A DNA stretch of 63,892 nucleotides, filler included, from Aduncisulcus paluster (lineage: Eukaryota): NCBI GenBank assembly GCA_024181965.1. It is 3 parts of 3 records of this genome, joined end to end, with 100 filler letters (N's around TTAATTAATTAA, not from the genome) between each part and the next. Parts side by side here need not be neighbours in the genome. Positions count along the whole stretch, not along the records: positions 1 to 29,466 come from BQXS01012693.1; 2 more parts are not named here. One strand, given 5' to 3'. Both the position numbers and the translations under genes were made by a program. This document shows positions 1 to 10,647 of this stretch, piece by piece. The notes under the pieces are model-generated. The model was not told the origin of the DNA, made no database searches, and saw nothing but the letters and a program-made list of their open reading frames with translations. Numbering within the stretch: the first letter of the stretch is position 1; each line of letters starts with the position of its first letter.

Positions 1-972
1 ATAAAAATAGACGAGATAGCGACAAAATATATTTATTTATTAAGAATGGTTGTTATAATTTACATGCAAAGCCAAAACAGAGGTCCTTTCTACTGGCCTT
101 ATTCGTATTATGACATTTGGTAACGGGATATACATATAGAAAGAAGGTTTCAACTATCAATGCAATATATAGCTTTTTCTTTGATGTTTCGATGATGATA
201 TTGTTGTAGTTCCTGGGTATCCGATAACTTGATGTTAGACAGCTATTGAATGGCCATACTTCCTTAGAAAAGATACAGCGCCAATTTTTGTTGAAGAAAT
301 GAAGATATTTTGAAATCCGAATTGGGTATTCTGTTATGAGTTTTCGTTTCTGGATCTACAGTCCCAATGAAGTTGAATATTTTGTAATTACTAATTATGG
401 TAGTACCACCATATGTATTTTAATAATGTATTATTATTATTCTATTCAAATTATTTAAGATAAGTGACAGTTCTCGATCCAAGATTCATTCCAAATTAAT
501 TTCCAAACACTATTTTTATTTTTTCATAGTTTTACTCGTTTGAGTGTGTTTCGAAATTAATCCACAGTTCAAAAGTTCGTTTAAGTGAGTGAACGAAAAA
601 TAAAAATTAAAACAACTTGTTATATTGAATATCGAGGATCCAAAAAGTGTTTTAATATTTACTAAATAAATCGTCCCACCTGTGAAAATCCAAAAAAAAT
701 CGATAATATAAAGTGATCAGTAATGGTTATAAGCAAAAAATTTATTTGAAAGGGATTATTTTAATTGATTCACGATGTAATTTCTCTTCTTGGTTTGCTC
801 AATCCTTCTTCAAAAATAAAGAATACTGAACTATACTATACTACACTGTGATAAATGATTGAAAAATATGCTTGGTTTTTGTATACACATTCGAAAGTCT
901 CAGATAGGTCATGCCAAGCCAATATTTGAACTGTAAGTTATAAAATCTGAGTCTGAAATCACATAGTTTGAA

Positions 973-1375
973 TCAAGATTCTTCATCTTTTGTTGATAAG
1001 ATGGGATCATCTTGGGTCTTCTGGGTGTGATAGAGCATCGCGATATAATCGGTTTCTTCTTTCAGTCTTTCAAGAGAAATGCGTTTTTCTTCAATTAAGA
1101 TTTCTAATTTCTTGATTTGTTCATCCAATTGCTCATTATCTTTCTCAAGCCCTGGGATTTTAATAATCAATGCTTTAAGAACATCTCTAGCTTGCCCAAC
1201 GGTTTTTAATTTGCCTAATATTGATTCAACAGATACGGTAGATGACGGGGCTGGGAGTGAAGATTTGTCAAGTCTTGTTATTGGAGATTCCGCTAAACAA
1301 AAGTGGAATATATAAAAAGGAGAAAAAACGAATAGAATCAATTAAAACATTGATAACAATTTACATACATGGCAT
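973..1375 (-). CDS. Small coiled-coil protein, 2 exons (1375-1369, 1292-973)
   Basis: ATGCCAT|GTATGT donor at 1368 and TTTAG acceptor at 1293 splice in frame to give MPSESPITRLDK...; C-terminal half is heptad-like. Confidence 0.65.
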
Positions 1376-1596
1376 ATTATTATGGAAAAAATAAATTCAC
1401 TTTGGGATGTCGTCAAATCAGTGCATTTATTATTTTGATGATTATAGTGCATTTAGGATATAAGGATGTTATTAAATCAAATAAAAAAAGAATTTATATA
1501 AAATTTTCAAAAACATTGAGAAATATTGTTGACTCTATTACCCTATAAAGCACTGGAGACAATTTTCACACAGAATTTTTATTTGACTGCATTCCA

Positions 1597-3334
1597 ATGG
1601 AGGAACTAAAGCACCGCTTGTCCCCCTTGATCAAGAAGCAAAAAGAGGGAAAAGTTGATGTTTTTTCAGCTTGTGATAATCTATTTCACCTCTCTTTGAT
1701 AGTTTCTCCCTTTATCCAGGAAAAGGCTCCGGAAAAAAGCAAATGTTTAGGTTTTTTGATACCAATAATTATAAATACAATTGAAACAGCAGATAAAGAT
1801 GAATTAGAATGGTATGTATTCATTTATGTGGAGTATTCTCATTTCCCGCTCTCTTTTTCTTTTTGAATGATTTTAATTAATAATTTGTAATCTTAAACCT
1901 TTGATTGTAATCAATTTTAATTCTCATATTATCAGTCTTTCTCATCATGGATTGTTTGATCTGAGTTTATTGATATGCCAGATTCTTTTTTCCAATAAGT
2001 TAAAACCAGCCAATGAATTTTCTAAGAAAGTGTCTAAAATGCCAGTATATAAGGAGACTCTAGTACGGGCAATTTTCTTGATCTCTAAATCTCAGAAACT
2101 GTTTCGCCCAGTGTTGAATAAGAATTCCGACTTTAAAATTTTTTTTGCTAAAACTAAAATGTCGATTAATAAGGAAGCTGCTATCCCCTCCAAATATTCA
2201 TTTCTATACGAATCAGAGATCAAAAAGAAATTCTTTCGAACTTACTCATTAACTACCGATGTTGATAGCCTTAGTGCATATGAATCACTTGTTAGCAAGA
2301 CCTCCTCAACTGGGGAGGATTACTCAGGCATTATGACACCCAACACAGCTCTTGCAAATGCCTTTGATGATGCTGCAATTGCTACACCTTTTTCAGAGTC
2401 AGAGTTGAGCGAATCATCAAAGAGGAGACATAGTGAGACCGACGAAGAAGAATTTCTCCCGAGAAAGTCTCTCTCAACCGTTCAACGAGAGTATGATCTC
2501 AAAATGAAGCAGATATCTTCTTCTAGTGGTCCATCAGCGATGTCCGGATCTCGCAAAGTGCATTTTGAGCCCACTGTCGAACGATATGTCACATTTTCAG
2601 ACTCCATGCCCTCGTGTCAACCTACCCTCACCAGGACACACCTCAGAAGCAGTCAATCTATTTCAACCGGAATACTCACGGGGCAACAGTGGAAATCAGT
2701 ATGGCAACGGTGTGAAGGTTGGAGTCTTCAGCTTATTCGGAATAAGATAGAAGCTCAAGTGAAGAAGGAGGTGGATGAAGAAAAGAAGAGGCTTGGAGAT
2801 TCTGAAGAGGGTGATAAGGTGAGTATTCCCGATTTAATTTCCACCATTCGAAGAAAAGTCTATTTTGAAGAAAGTCAGAAAGAAATATATAAAGGACGCA
2901 TAAAAATAGATCCTGAGAAGTTTTCAATCCTTTTCTATAATGTACTTGACGATGGCGAAGAAGAAGAGGAAGATGGATTTGGAAAGGATGAAGAGGACTT
3001 TGGCGATGAAGAGGAAGATGAAGAGGAGAAACAAAGAGAAAAAGAAATGATTGATGAAGCAATCAAAATGTTCGAAAGAAAACCTCTCCCTTTCGAACCC
3101 TACGATATTCGGGTTAAAGGGAGGCATGGTTTATTCACAAAGGAAGAAGATCTAAAAATAGATGACAATTTGATGAAGTTTTGTGTTGAAGCAGAATTTG
3201 AGCCTGATAGTATGGTTCTCCCACAGACTATATCTGTGGATTTCAATGCATTCTCTCATATTGATGAAGAGAATGATCGGATCGAAGGAAGATATCATTC
3301 ACACCATGGAGATGTTAGTGAAAGTTATCAATAA
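1597..3334 (+). CDS. Uncharacterised protein, 2 exons (1597-1811, 1936-3334); helical N-terminus, acidic C-terminus, RVxF-like motifs
   Basis: TG|GTATGT donor at 1812 and CAG acceptor at 1935 join the 89-aa and 477-aa ORFs in frame (ELEC-LSHHGL). Confidence 0.7.
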
Positions 3335-3571
3335 TTTATTGGCAAAAAATAAAAACAATTGTTTTCGGTAATCAATCTATTGGTCTTCAAACTTTTAATT
3401 TTATTTGATTTTTTCGTTATAATACTAGTTTTATTATTATTGAACCCCAAAATAATGGGGTAGAAACATCAATATGGCCTCCCATTTTCAGATTGTACCG
3501 ATTTGGGAGATCTTTAGGATCAAGTTGTAATATAATTTGCATTTTTGGTATTCTATTAGAAATTATGATAA

Positions 3572-3893
3572 AATGAGTCATTTAACTTCGTCAGCTGCTG
3601 GAGTAAGTGCCGCTGATTTCCATCATGCATTTAAAGTGAAAGAAAGGCTTAAACAAAAGGAATATGAAGAAAAAATAGAAAAAGAAAAGAAATTAAAAAA
3701 TGAAGAATATCATAAAGAACAACAGCGATTGAAAGAATCAGCAATCTCTCAAGAGAAGAAAAGAAGGATAAAACGGCAAAAAAGAATGAAAAAAAAGAAG
3801 AAAAAACAGGATTCAAAAGGAATGGGGGAGAAAAAAGAAGAGAAAACGACATCTTCCGTTGTTTCATATGTCTTGAGTTTGGATGATGAATAA
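3572..3893 (+). CDS. PRKRIP1: PRKR-interacting protein 1-like spliceosomal factor (a short upstream exon near 3454 is possible)
   Basis: TSSAAGVSAADFH resembles the GSSAGAGSGEFH motif; followed by a charged helix and a K/R-rich KKRRIKRQKRMKKKKKK tract. Confidence 0.6.
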
Positions 3894-4113
3894 TAGACTC
3901 TGTTCAACAATTGTGTGTTGACAGGTATTTGTATCTATTTTGATTTCATATTATCGCATATTTCAAGAAAAAAAATGTAATAAAGAAGTGTTTTGCCATG
4001 ATTTATTTATATTATGAACTAGGTTCACTCTACATTTCGGGAAAAGATGTGTAAGTTTGGAAACGTGATATTACAACATCTTATTATTTTCAGATTACAC
4101 TGAACTATCGTAT

Positions 4114-4671
4114 TTAGTATAATTTAAAATGAGAAGTCAAGTCATCAATGGAATCAATTGAGGCTGGTCCAATTGCTAATACAGTCTTACTTCCTGGTTC
4201 AATTTGAGTTCTACCAGCATCGATAATTGCACAACAATTTAATCCAAGTTTTTCAGCCTTCTCTTCTATTTCCTCCATTTCCACCAATGTTGGACAACTC
4301 AATGTGACTTTCGTCTGTCCCATAGTATGCCATGTTTTAAATTCTGATCTATATTTTGGTTTGTCGATCGCTGCTAAACAAGCACCAAGAGTAGCATGGG
4401 AGCATTGAGCGGCAGCTTTTCCCTTCGACATCTTCAAATCTCTCCGAACGAGCAGAACCATTTTCATTTCCTGTCGAAGGAATGGAGAACTCCTGAGGAT
4501 ATTTTTAATCGTTATTTTTTCCGGAGCCTCAGGCTTTTTTGGCTTCGATTCTTTCTGGGTTGACTTTTCGGGCTTATCGTCATAAACATTGCTTCTGGCA
4601 AGGAGATAACCAAATAAAAGACCTGAAAGAAGTCCAATAGCAATTAACACCGTAGCAATAACAGTATCCAT
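4114..4671 (-). CDS. PTH2: Peptidyl-tRNA hydrolase 2 with N-terminal transmembrane anchor
   Basis: KMVLLVRRDLKMSKGKAAAQCSHA, DAGRTQIEPGSKTVLAIGP, C-terminal HFKLY; ATG at 4671. Confidence 0.95.
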   Translation of the reverse strand: MDTVIATVLIAIGLLSGLLFGYLLARSNVYDDKPEKSTQKESKPKKPEAPEKITIKNILRSSPFLRQEMKMVLLVRRDLKMSKGKAAAQCSHATLGACLAAIDKPKYRSEFKTWHTMGQTKVTLSCPTLVEMEEIEEKAEKLGLNCCAIIDAGRTQIEPGSKTVLAIGPASIDSIDDLTSHFKLY

Positions 4672-4841
4672 TGACAAATGATTAATTGGTTACCCAAAAC
4701 CGAGTAGATCTATATTCATTCGATCTGATGGTGAAAGAATTCCCTCTTTTCTGCACATCTAACCCAGTTTACATACTACAATTTTCTTAAAATTATATTT
4801 TATTCACCATTAAAATAATATCATCCTTATAAACCGTTATT

Positions 4842-5366
4842 ATGTCACACCTCTCCTTCAAATTATTTTTGTGGATTATCCACACTGTTGCAGCTGTTGT
4901 AGAAAGTTATTTTTATTATGAAAATGTTTGGACTATTCCAAAATGTTATTATTTAAAATTTGCTCTTGGAATATCGATGATTTCTCTATTGGTAATGACA
5001 TTTTGTTATCTCGTTCTTGTAATTCACAGTTTATATCCATTTTTTGCGAAAGGAACAGCCTCGCACACACACCCATTGCTTGTCACCATTAGGTCAATTA
5101 TTATTATTGGATTTATTTTTCATTTATGTTGGGGTGTTTTTATGATTATTGATTATGTCTTATTGCAGGATACTTCATGTCTTGTTTTATTTGATACATC
5201 AGCAGTACCTCATATTCCATATGTTGGAGTCGGTATCGGGGCATTTCATGCTCTTCTTGGAGTTGGTTTCATTCTGGGCTTCGTCATTTCTCCAATCCTT
5301 GGAGTTAGAGATAGAGATTCAGCAAAAGAAGGAATAAGTGAATATATAGAAGCATTATTAGAATGA
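4842..5366 (+). CDS. Small membrane protein with about 4 TM helices, unknown function
   Basis: 174-aa ATG ORF with four hydrophobic segments. Confidence 0.7.
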   Translation: MSHLSFKLFLWIIHTVAAVVESYFYYENVWTIPKCYYLKFALGISMISLLVMTFCYLVLVIHSLYPFFAKGTASHTHPLLVTIRSIIIIGFIFHLCWGVFMIIDYVLLQDTSCLVLFDTSAVPHIPYVGVGIGAFHALLGVGFILGFVISPILGVRDRDSAKEGISEYIEALLE

Positions 5367-5702
5367 AATATGATATAAATATAAAGAATTTTTAATAATT
5401 TTTTCTAATATTTATTTTTCACTCTTGAATCTGTCTAAAAATAGTAAAACCGACAAACTTTCTATATGATATTTGTTTATTCAATTTCAATAGAGTTCTT
5501 GAATGTGATATCATTTTCCAGCAAAAGGAAGAAAGTCAAAAATCATCTGCAATAAGTTCTATTCAAAAACCATTAAATTGAAGATTGTAATTTAAGAGAT
5601 AGTAGAGTATAGTACAGTATACTCGAATAATAATTGAAGAAAGAATGAATCCTGGTTAGGATATTTATAAAAGCTTGATAAAAAGAATTGAATATTTGAA
5701 TC

Positions 5703-6425
5703 TCATTTTGGAAGACCAGATCCACTAACAGGGAGACCCGTTTGAGGGGCTGAGGGGGGTGCTGGAGGGTGTTTATCGAGAACAGTAGCAGCCCGTTTCG
5801 CTGCTGAGGCAGCTGCCGCGAGTCTGTGCTTTATAAGCAATTGTTTGGTTGCAGGACCAGCAATTTGTATCTGAGATATTGTTTTCCCTCTTAATACAAT
5901 CAATCCAAGATGCCTTTTTTCAATTTCTAAAAAAAATGGATTAATGGAACATATATTGGGAATTATAAATGCCATAAAACAAATCAAAAAATAGTGAACA
6001 TACCACCTGTGCGTTTTACCTTTCTAAATTCATCAGTTGCACTGAGAGCAAGATTTTGATAAATATCGAATCCAATAAGCTGACCATANNNNNNNNNNNN
6101 NNNNNNNNTTGTTTGGTTGCAGGACCAGCAATTTGTATCTGAGATATTGTTTTCCCTCTTAATACAATCAATCCAAGATGCCTTTTTTCAATTTCTAAAA
6201 AAAATGGATTAATGGAACATATATTGGGAATTATAAATGCCATAAAACAAATCAAAAAATAGTGAACATACCACCTGTGCGTTTTACCTTTCTAAATTCA
6301 TCAGTTGCACTGAGAGCAAGATTTTGATAAATATCGAATCCAATAAGCTGACCATAATATTCTCTTCCATCATCACCATATACCCTAACCATATGGTTGA
6401 GATACCTATCAAATTTATGGGACAT
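5703..6425 (-). CDS. SNRPB: Spliceosomal Sm protein B, 2 exons; middle part duplicated across the 20-N gap at 6089-6108
   Basis: Manual translation from ATG 6425: MSHKFDRYLNHMVRVYGDDGREYYGQLIGFDIYQNLALSATDEFRKVKRTG (Sm1). GTATGT intron 6271-6195 (copy 6003-5927). Then EIEKRHLGLIVLRGKTISQIQIAGP (Sm2) and a Pro-rich tail. Confidence 0.85.
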
Positions 6426-6504
6426 GATTTGATTTTGTGGTCAAGAATACGTAATGAGAGCGTTTTCAATCATCGCGGATTTTTTTGGTGATTTGGTGAT
6501 CGAA

Positions 6505-8208
6505 ATGGAAAAAAAATCGATTGTTCGAATTGGAATTGATGATATTGGAACAATTGGAGAAGAATGTGTAATTCCATTAATTGATACTTCATGTGGATTA
6601 GAAGAAGAAGGATTAGTATCCTTTGCCTCCAGAGATGGCAAATCTGCTGCCGCTCAACGTAGACACCATGAAGAAAAGAAAGAATCTATTATCAAAATAG
6701 CATTAACTGATTGTTTAAGTTGCTCAGGATGTGTCACCAGTGCCGAGACTATTCTATTGGAAGAACATTCAATGGAGAAAGCTAATGATTTCATGACTGA
6801 TCATAAAGATAATTTCGTTGTTACAATTGCTCCGCAGATAGTTACTACTTTCTCCGCGATTCATTCTCTCCCCCCAAAGATAGCTTTTCTCGTCTTGCGT
6901 CAATTCTTCTTAAATCGTGGAGCCATTGCTGTTTATTCTCTTTCTGGATGCCAACGGCTTGCTGCTGAGCTTGTTCGGAAGGAAGTTGTTAGTTCAAAGC
7001 CTGATTCACCCTTGATCGTATCATCTTGTCCTGGGCTTGTATGCTATGTTGAGAAGAAATACCCTCATCTTCTGCCTTTCCTTTCAAAGGTTCCGTCTCC
7101 AATGACCCTTGGTGGAATTCTCATACGTTCACTCCATTCTGTTCATGTGAAACATTTGAGTATTCAACCCTGTTTCGATCGGAAATTGGAGGCTTCTCGG
7201 CCAGAAACTACAAGAAAACGTCTGAATATTTCAACATCCGAGGTTGAAATGTTCCCTCTTACGGATATTGTTGTTTCCTTGAAAGAGATGGAGCAGAAGA
7301 TCGATGAATTTATTTCTTCTCTTATTTCTCGCAGTTCTCAACCAAATCATTCAATAACTATTAGTTCGTTGAGTGAACATCCTTCTGCACAACCTAAAAA
7401 TATCACCATTGAGAATGTTATATCATATCAAATCAGAGAAGAAGAATCCAAATTGAAAACTGGCGAACACGTCATTCTTGATCCCATAAACCAAATATCC
7501 GATCCATCTATTGTTCCTCTTTGTCACACTCCATTTCCTAGCGGCTATTGTGAATGTGTTGCTTCAGTTTCAACTACTGGAGATGTTATCCCCCCTTTTG
7601 TGAAAGGAAAGAACGCTGATGATCTCCATATCACTTGTTCGATACCTATTAATAGCAAGAGTGAGAAAGATGATGATCAAGGAAAGATTGGTGGAAAGGA
7701 TGAAGAGGAAAAGGAAGAGGGTTTTACATCTTTAATGAGTCTCGATCTTTCTCTTCACCAGGTGAATGGTCTTCGTAACATCCATAACATGTCAAACCGT
7801 ATAAGACGTGCCAGTAGAATGGCCAAGAGTTCATTTAAGAGCTCACAAAAGACAACGATGATGTATGAGGCTATGGCCTGCAGTGGTGGGTGTCTATTCG
7901 GAGGGGCTCTGTCATCCGATCGAGGGGCTCTCAAACGTGGTGAAGAGATGGCGAGATCGGCCAGTCTATGCTCCAAAAAAGAAGAAACACCAGAGATTAG
8001 TGATGGTTTCTGTGTGAAAACACGAATGTCTCATGACCATCTCCTTGCTTGCCTCGATATGATATCTAAGGTTGATATAAATCTTGTTAAACAGGATGAT
8101 AGAAGGGAAATGAAACCGTATGAAGTGTTCTTTGAGGGGCAGGAAGAGGTAAAAGATGTCAAGCGTGGTGGTGTGATATTGATGTCTAAAAGTGATCTAG
8201 ATTTCTAA
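6505..8208 (+). CDS. NAR1: Cytosolic Fe-S assembly factor Nar1/NARF/CIAO3 (hydrogenase-like)
   Basis: LTDCLSCSGCVTSAE, SSCPG, PCFDRKLEA, EAMACSGGC motifs; C-terminal LDF; likely start ATG 6505 (ORF open from 6454). Confidence 0.93.
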   Translation: MEKKSIVRIGIDDIGTIGEECVIPLIDTSCGLEEEGLVSFASRDGKSAAAQRRHHEEKKESIIKIALTDCLSCSGCVTSAETILLEEHSMEKANDFMTDHKDNFVVTIAPQIVTTFSAIHSLPPKIAFLVLRQFFLNRGAIAVYSLSGCQRLAAELVRKEVVSSKPDSPLIVSSCPGLVCYVEKKYPHLLPFLSKVPSPMTLGGILIRSLHSVHVKHLSIQPCFDRKLEASRPETTRKRLNISTSEVEMFPLTDIVVSLKEMEQKIDEFISSLISRSSQPNHSITISSLSEHPSAQPKNITIENVISYQIREEESKLKTGEHVILDPINQISDPSIVPLCHTPFPSGYCECVASVSTTGDVIPPFVKGKNADDLHITCSIPINSKSEKDDDQGKIGGKDEEEKEEGFTSLMSLDLSLHQVNGLRNIHNMSNRIRRASRMAKSSFKSSQKTTMMYEAMACSGGCLFGGALSSDRGALKRGEEMARSASLCSKKEETPEISDGFCVKTRMSHDHLLACLDMISKVDINLVKQDDRREMKPYEVFFEGQEEVKDVKRGGVILMSKSDLDF

Positions 8209-8490
8209 ATTACCTTGCAACCAACCACAATATGAAAAAGTTATATGTCTAAATTCGTTGCCTATTCATTATTTTGTTAGAATAGTGTTGGATTGGTTAT
8301 GTGGACCTTGATTTTTTTTCAGATGATAGATGTCCGTGAATATGAAGAACCATACAAATTATCTTTTATTATTTACAAATAGTTGCTCATATTCTTGCAA
8401 TAAATAATGTTGTTCTATTGTTTTGCATTTTAATCTTGGTGCGCAAATTTTTTTCGACTTTTTTCTTCGCTAATATATTATAAACAACAG

Positions 8491-9591
8491 ATGCCTTATT
8501 CCGAAAAAGAATTATCAGAGAAAACTGTGAGAGAATTAAAAAAAATTTGGCATAAATTGTCTGGCAAAGACCTGCCATCATCTCAATACATCAAAAAGGC
8601 TAAACTAATTGAAAAAATCCAAAATATTCAGGCTTCGGCAACAAAAAGTCCTGTAAAAAGAAGATACAACGAAGAAGAAATGGAATATGATGATAAACGC
8701 TCTGCTACTATCTCTGACAAAAGTGATGAATCTGCAAGCACAGAATCATCTGGATCTTCGTCTTCAACATCAATTCCCTCATCATCAACGCAATCAACAA
8801 ATCAAAAATCAAACGAATCGGCCTCTGAAGTTCTCGTTGAGGAGAACTCTGATCAAAATGAACCCAAAGAAGAAGAAGAACAAGAAAGAGAAGAGGAAGA
8901 GGAGGAAGAAGAAGAAGAATCTAAAGTTACAGGAACTGCAGGAACTTCAAATATTGGCCTTGAATCCGCATTAGTGGAAGATGTTGAAAATGTTCTTGAG
9001 ATCGAAGCTAGAGAAGCTGAAAAGACTGCTGAAAAACTCAAACAAAAATCAAAGAAAATGACACCCGCTGAGCTTAAACCTGAAAAAGATGATAGAGAAG
9101 ATATTTCTGACCAAGTCTCTGTTGAAAAAGATGGTCCTCTTGGCGAAGGAGCTGAGGAGAATGAAATTCTTGAAATAATCGGAGAATATGACACTTCAAT
9201 TAGAGACACTTCGATTAGAGACACTTCGATGCAGTTTGATTCAGGGACAGCAAGTGAATCCGTTGGGAGGTTTGTCAAGTCGATAGTTCGTCCTTCTACA
9301 CTTATTGGAGCAGCAGAATCATTGAATGTGGGAGAAGAGCAAGATGAATCTCACGATGTTCCTCCTTTCGTTGAGATTATTAGTGGAAATACTACTGGTG
9401 CTGCATCTATGATGGCGCCAGAAGAATTAGAAGAAGATGAATGTTTTGATCAAGAAATTAAAAAGGAAAGAATGAGTTGTGGAACAATAATATGGCGTAT
9501 TTTCATTTTCCTTCTCATCGTTGCTGGATTATGCGGTATTGCCTGGAATCGCCTTTCAATAATTGATTTGGAGAATAAATTTAAAAAATAA
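8491..9591 (+). CDS. HeH/LEM/SAP-like N-terminal domain + acidic disordered region + single C-terminal TM helix
   Basis: ELSEKTVRELKKIW...LPSSQYIKKAKLIEKI helix-extended-helix pattern; IIWRIFIFLLIVAGLCGIAW TM segment near the C-terminus. Confidence 0.6.
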   Translation: MPYSEKELSEKTVRELKKIWHKLSGKDLPSSQYIKKAKLIEKIQNIQASATKSPVKRRYNEEEMEYDDKRSATISDKSDESASTESSGSSSSTSIPSSSTQSTNQKSNESASEVLVEENSDQNEPKEEEEQEREEEEEEEEEESKVTGTAGTSNIGLESALVEDVENVLEIEAREAEKTAEKLKQKSKKMTPAELKPEKDDREDISDQVSVEKDGPLGEGAEENEILEIIGEYDTSIRDTSIRDTSMQFDSGTASESVGRFVKSIVRPSTLIGAAESLNVGEEQDESHDVPPFVEIISGNTTGAASMMAPEELEEDECFDQEIKKERMSCGTIIWRIFIFLLIVAGLCGIAWNRLSIIDLENKFKK

Positions 9592-9702
9592 TATTAATAT
9601 ATTTCTGTTTGTCACTTTTAATATTTATTCAATGAATAGGATCAGCCAAAAAAGATTTTTTCTCCATTACCCTCCTATTTCCTCGAACTGCATTTAGCAA
9701 TC

Positions 9703-10647
9703 ATGTCTGAAAGCGAATTACAAACATTAAAAACAATTGAAAAATGTAAAGAAACCGTTTCCAGTGCTCAGCGTCGTGTTGACGAGAAACTAAAACATTT
9801 ATCTTCTGATGGTTCAAAAACGGAAGAAAAAATTCCTTTATCGGCCCAAATTAGTGAACTTATTCAAGAAAATAGAATATTAAACCAAGAATTAGAGAAA
9901 TTAAAAGCGTCATTTTCTGAATCGACTCAATGGTATTCTTCACAGCTAGACTCTTTGAAATTATCCATACAATCTCTTGAAGCTCAAAAAGAATCGTTGA
10001 TTAAAGAAAATACGTCACTCAAAACAGATATGAAATCATTATCGGAGAATTCTGATACTTTAGACATTCAAGTCAAAAAACTATCCAAGTTTGAGCAAAT
10101 CATAGCTCAAGGAAAAGAAAAATTGAGTTCTCTTCAAGAAATCATCGACGAATCGCAACGCTCAGAAATGGAATTAAAACAAGAGGTCTTGAGACTAAAA
10201 GACACTATTGAAAGGGGAAAACAACAATTTATTCAGGTAACCTCTGAGTTAAGTGATCTCCGTGAGGAGCATGAGCTTAAAGTGACCGAATGTAAGAGTT
10301 TGTCCTTTTCCAACAAGAAGCATTTACATCACATTCAATCCCTTTCGAAGGCCCTGGCCTCTGCTGGTGTTCTATCTCTGAAAGGATACAAGGAATGTGA
10401 AGATGAGCTTAGTTTGCAAATAGTTATGATAACTAAGACATATGTTGAGCGTTTGCAGAAGGAAGAGGGCATGTTTAAAGCTGAGATTGCTCTTCGAGAT
10501 GCTAAAATCGACACTCTGCAAAAGCAAAATGATTCTTTAAGGGTTCATCTTTTTAAAATTGTCCGCACAATCGATGAGATGGATCAGATTGATTTTCAGT
10601 CGGAATTGGGTGAATTGGTTGACAAATTTGGATCATTCTTGAAATAG
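9703..10647 (+). CDS. Coiled-coil protein
   Basis: 314-aa ORF with continuous heptad pattern. Confidence 0.75.
   Translation: MSESELQTLKTIEKCKETVSSAQRRVDEKLKHLSSDGSKTEEKIPLSAQISELIQENRILNQELEKLKASFSESTQWYSSQLDSLKLSIQSLEAQKESLIKENTSLKTDMKSLSENSDTLDIQVKKLSKFEQIIAQGKEKLSSLQEIIDESQRSEMELKQEVLRLKDTIERGKQQFIQVTSELSDLREEHELKVTECKSLSFSNKKHLHHIQSLSKALASAGVLSLKGYKECEDELSLQIVMITKTYVERLQKEEGMFKAEIALRDAKIDTLQKQNDSLRVHLFKIVRTIDEMDQIDFQSELGELVDKFGSFLK

Noticed and set aside
1..420. Coding-like fragments at the window start
   Set aside because: Frames are interrupted by stops and no recognisable motif is present
5841..6356. Apparent tandem duplication of SmB (similarly SNAP 22946-23580, phosphatase 26251-26768, 40124-41178, 52094-52617, 60885-61505)
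   Set aside because: Each is an essentially identical overlap on both sides of a 20-N gap, i.e. unmerged contig overlaps
6454..8208. [FeFe]-hydrogenase
   Set aside because: Motifs are those of Nar1 (CLSCSGCVTSAE, SSCPG), lacking the H-cluster TSCCP signature
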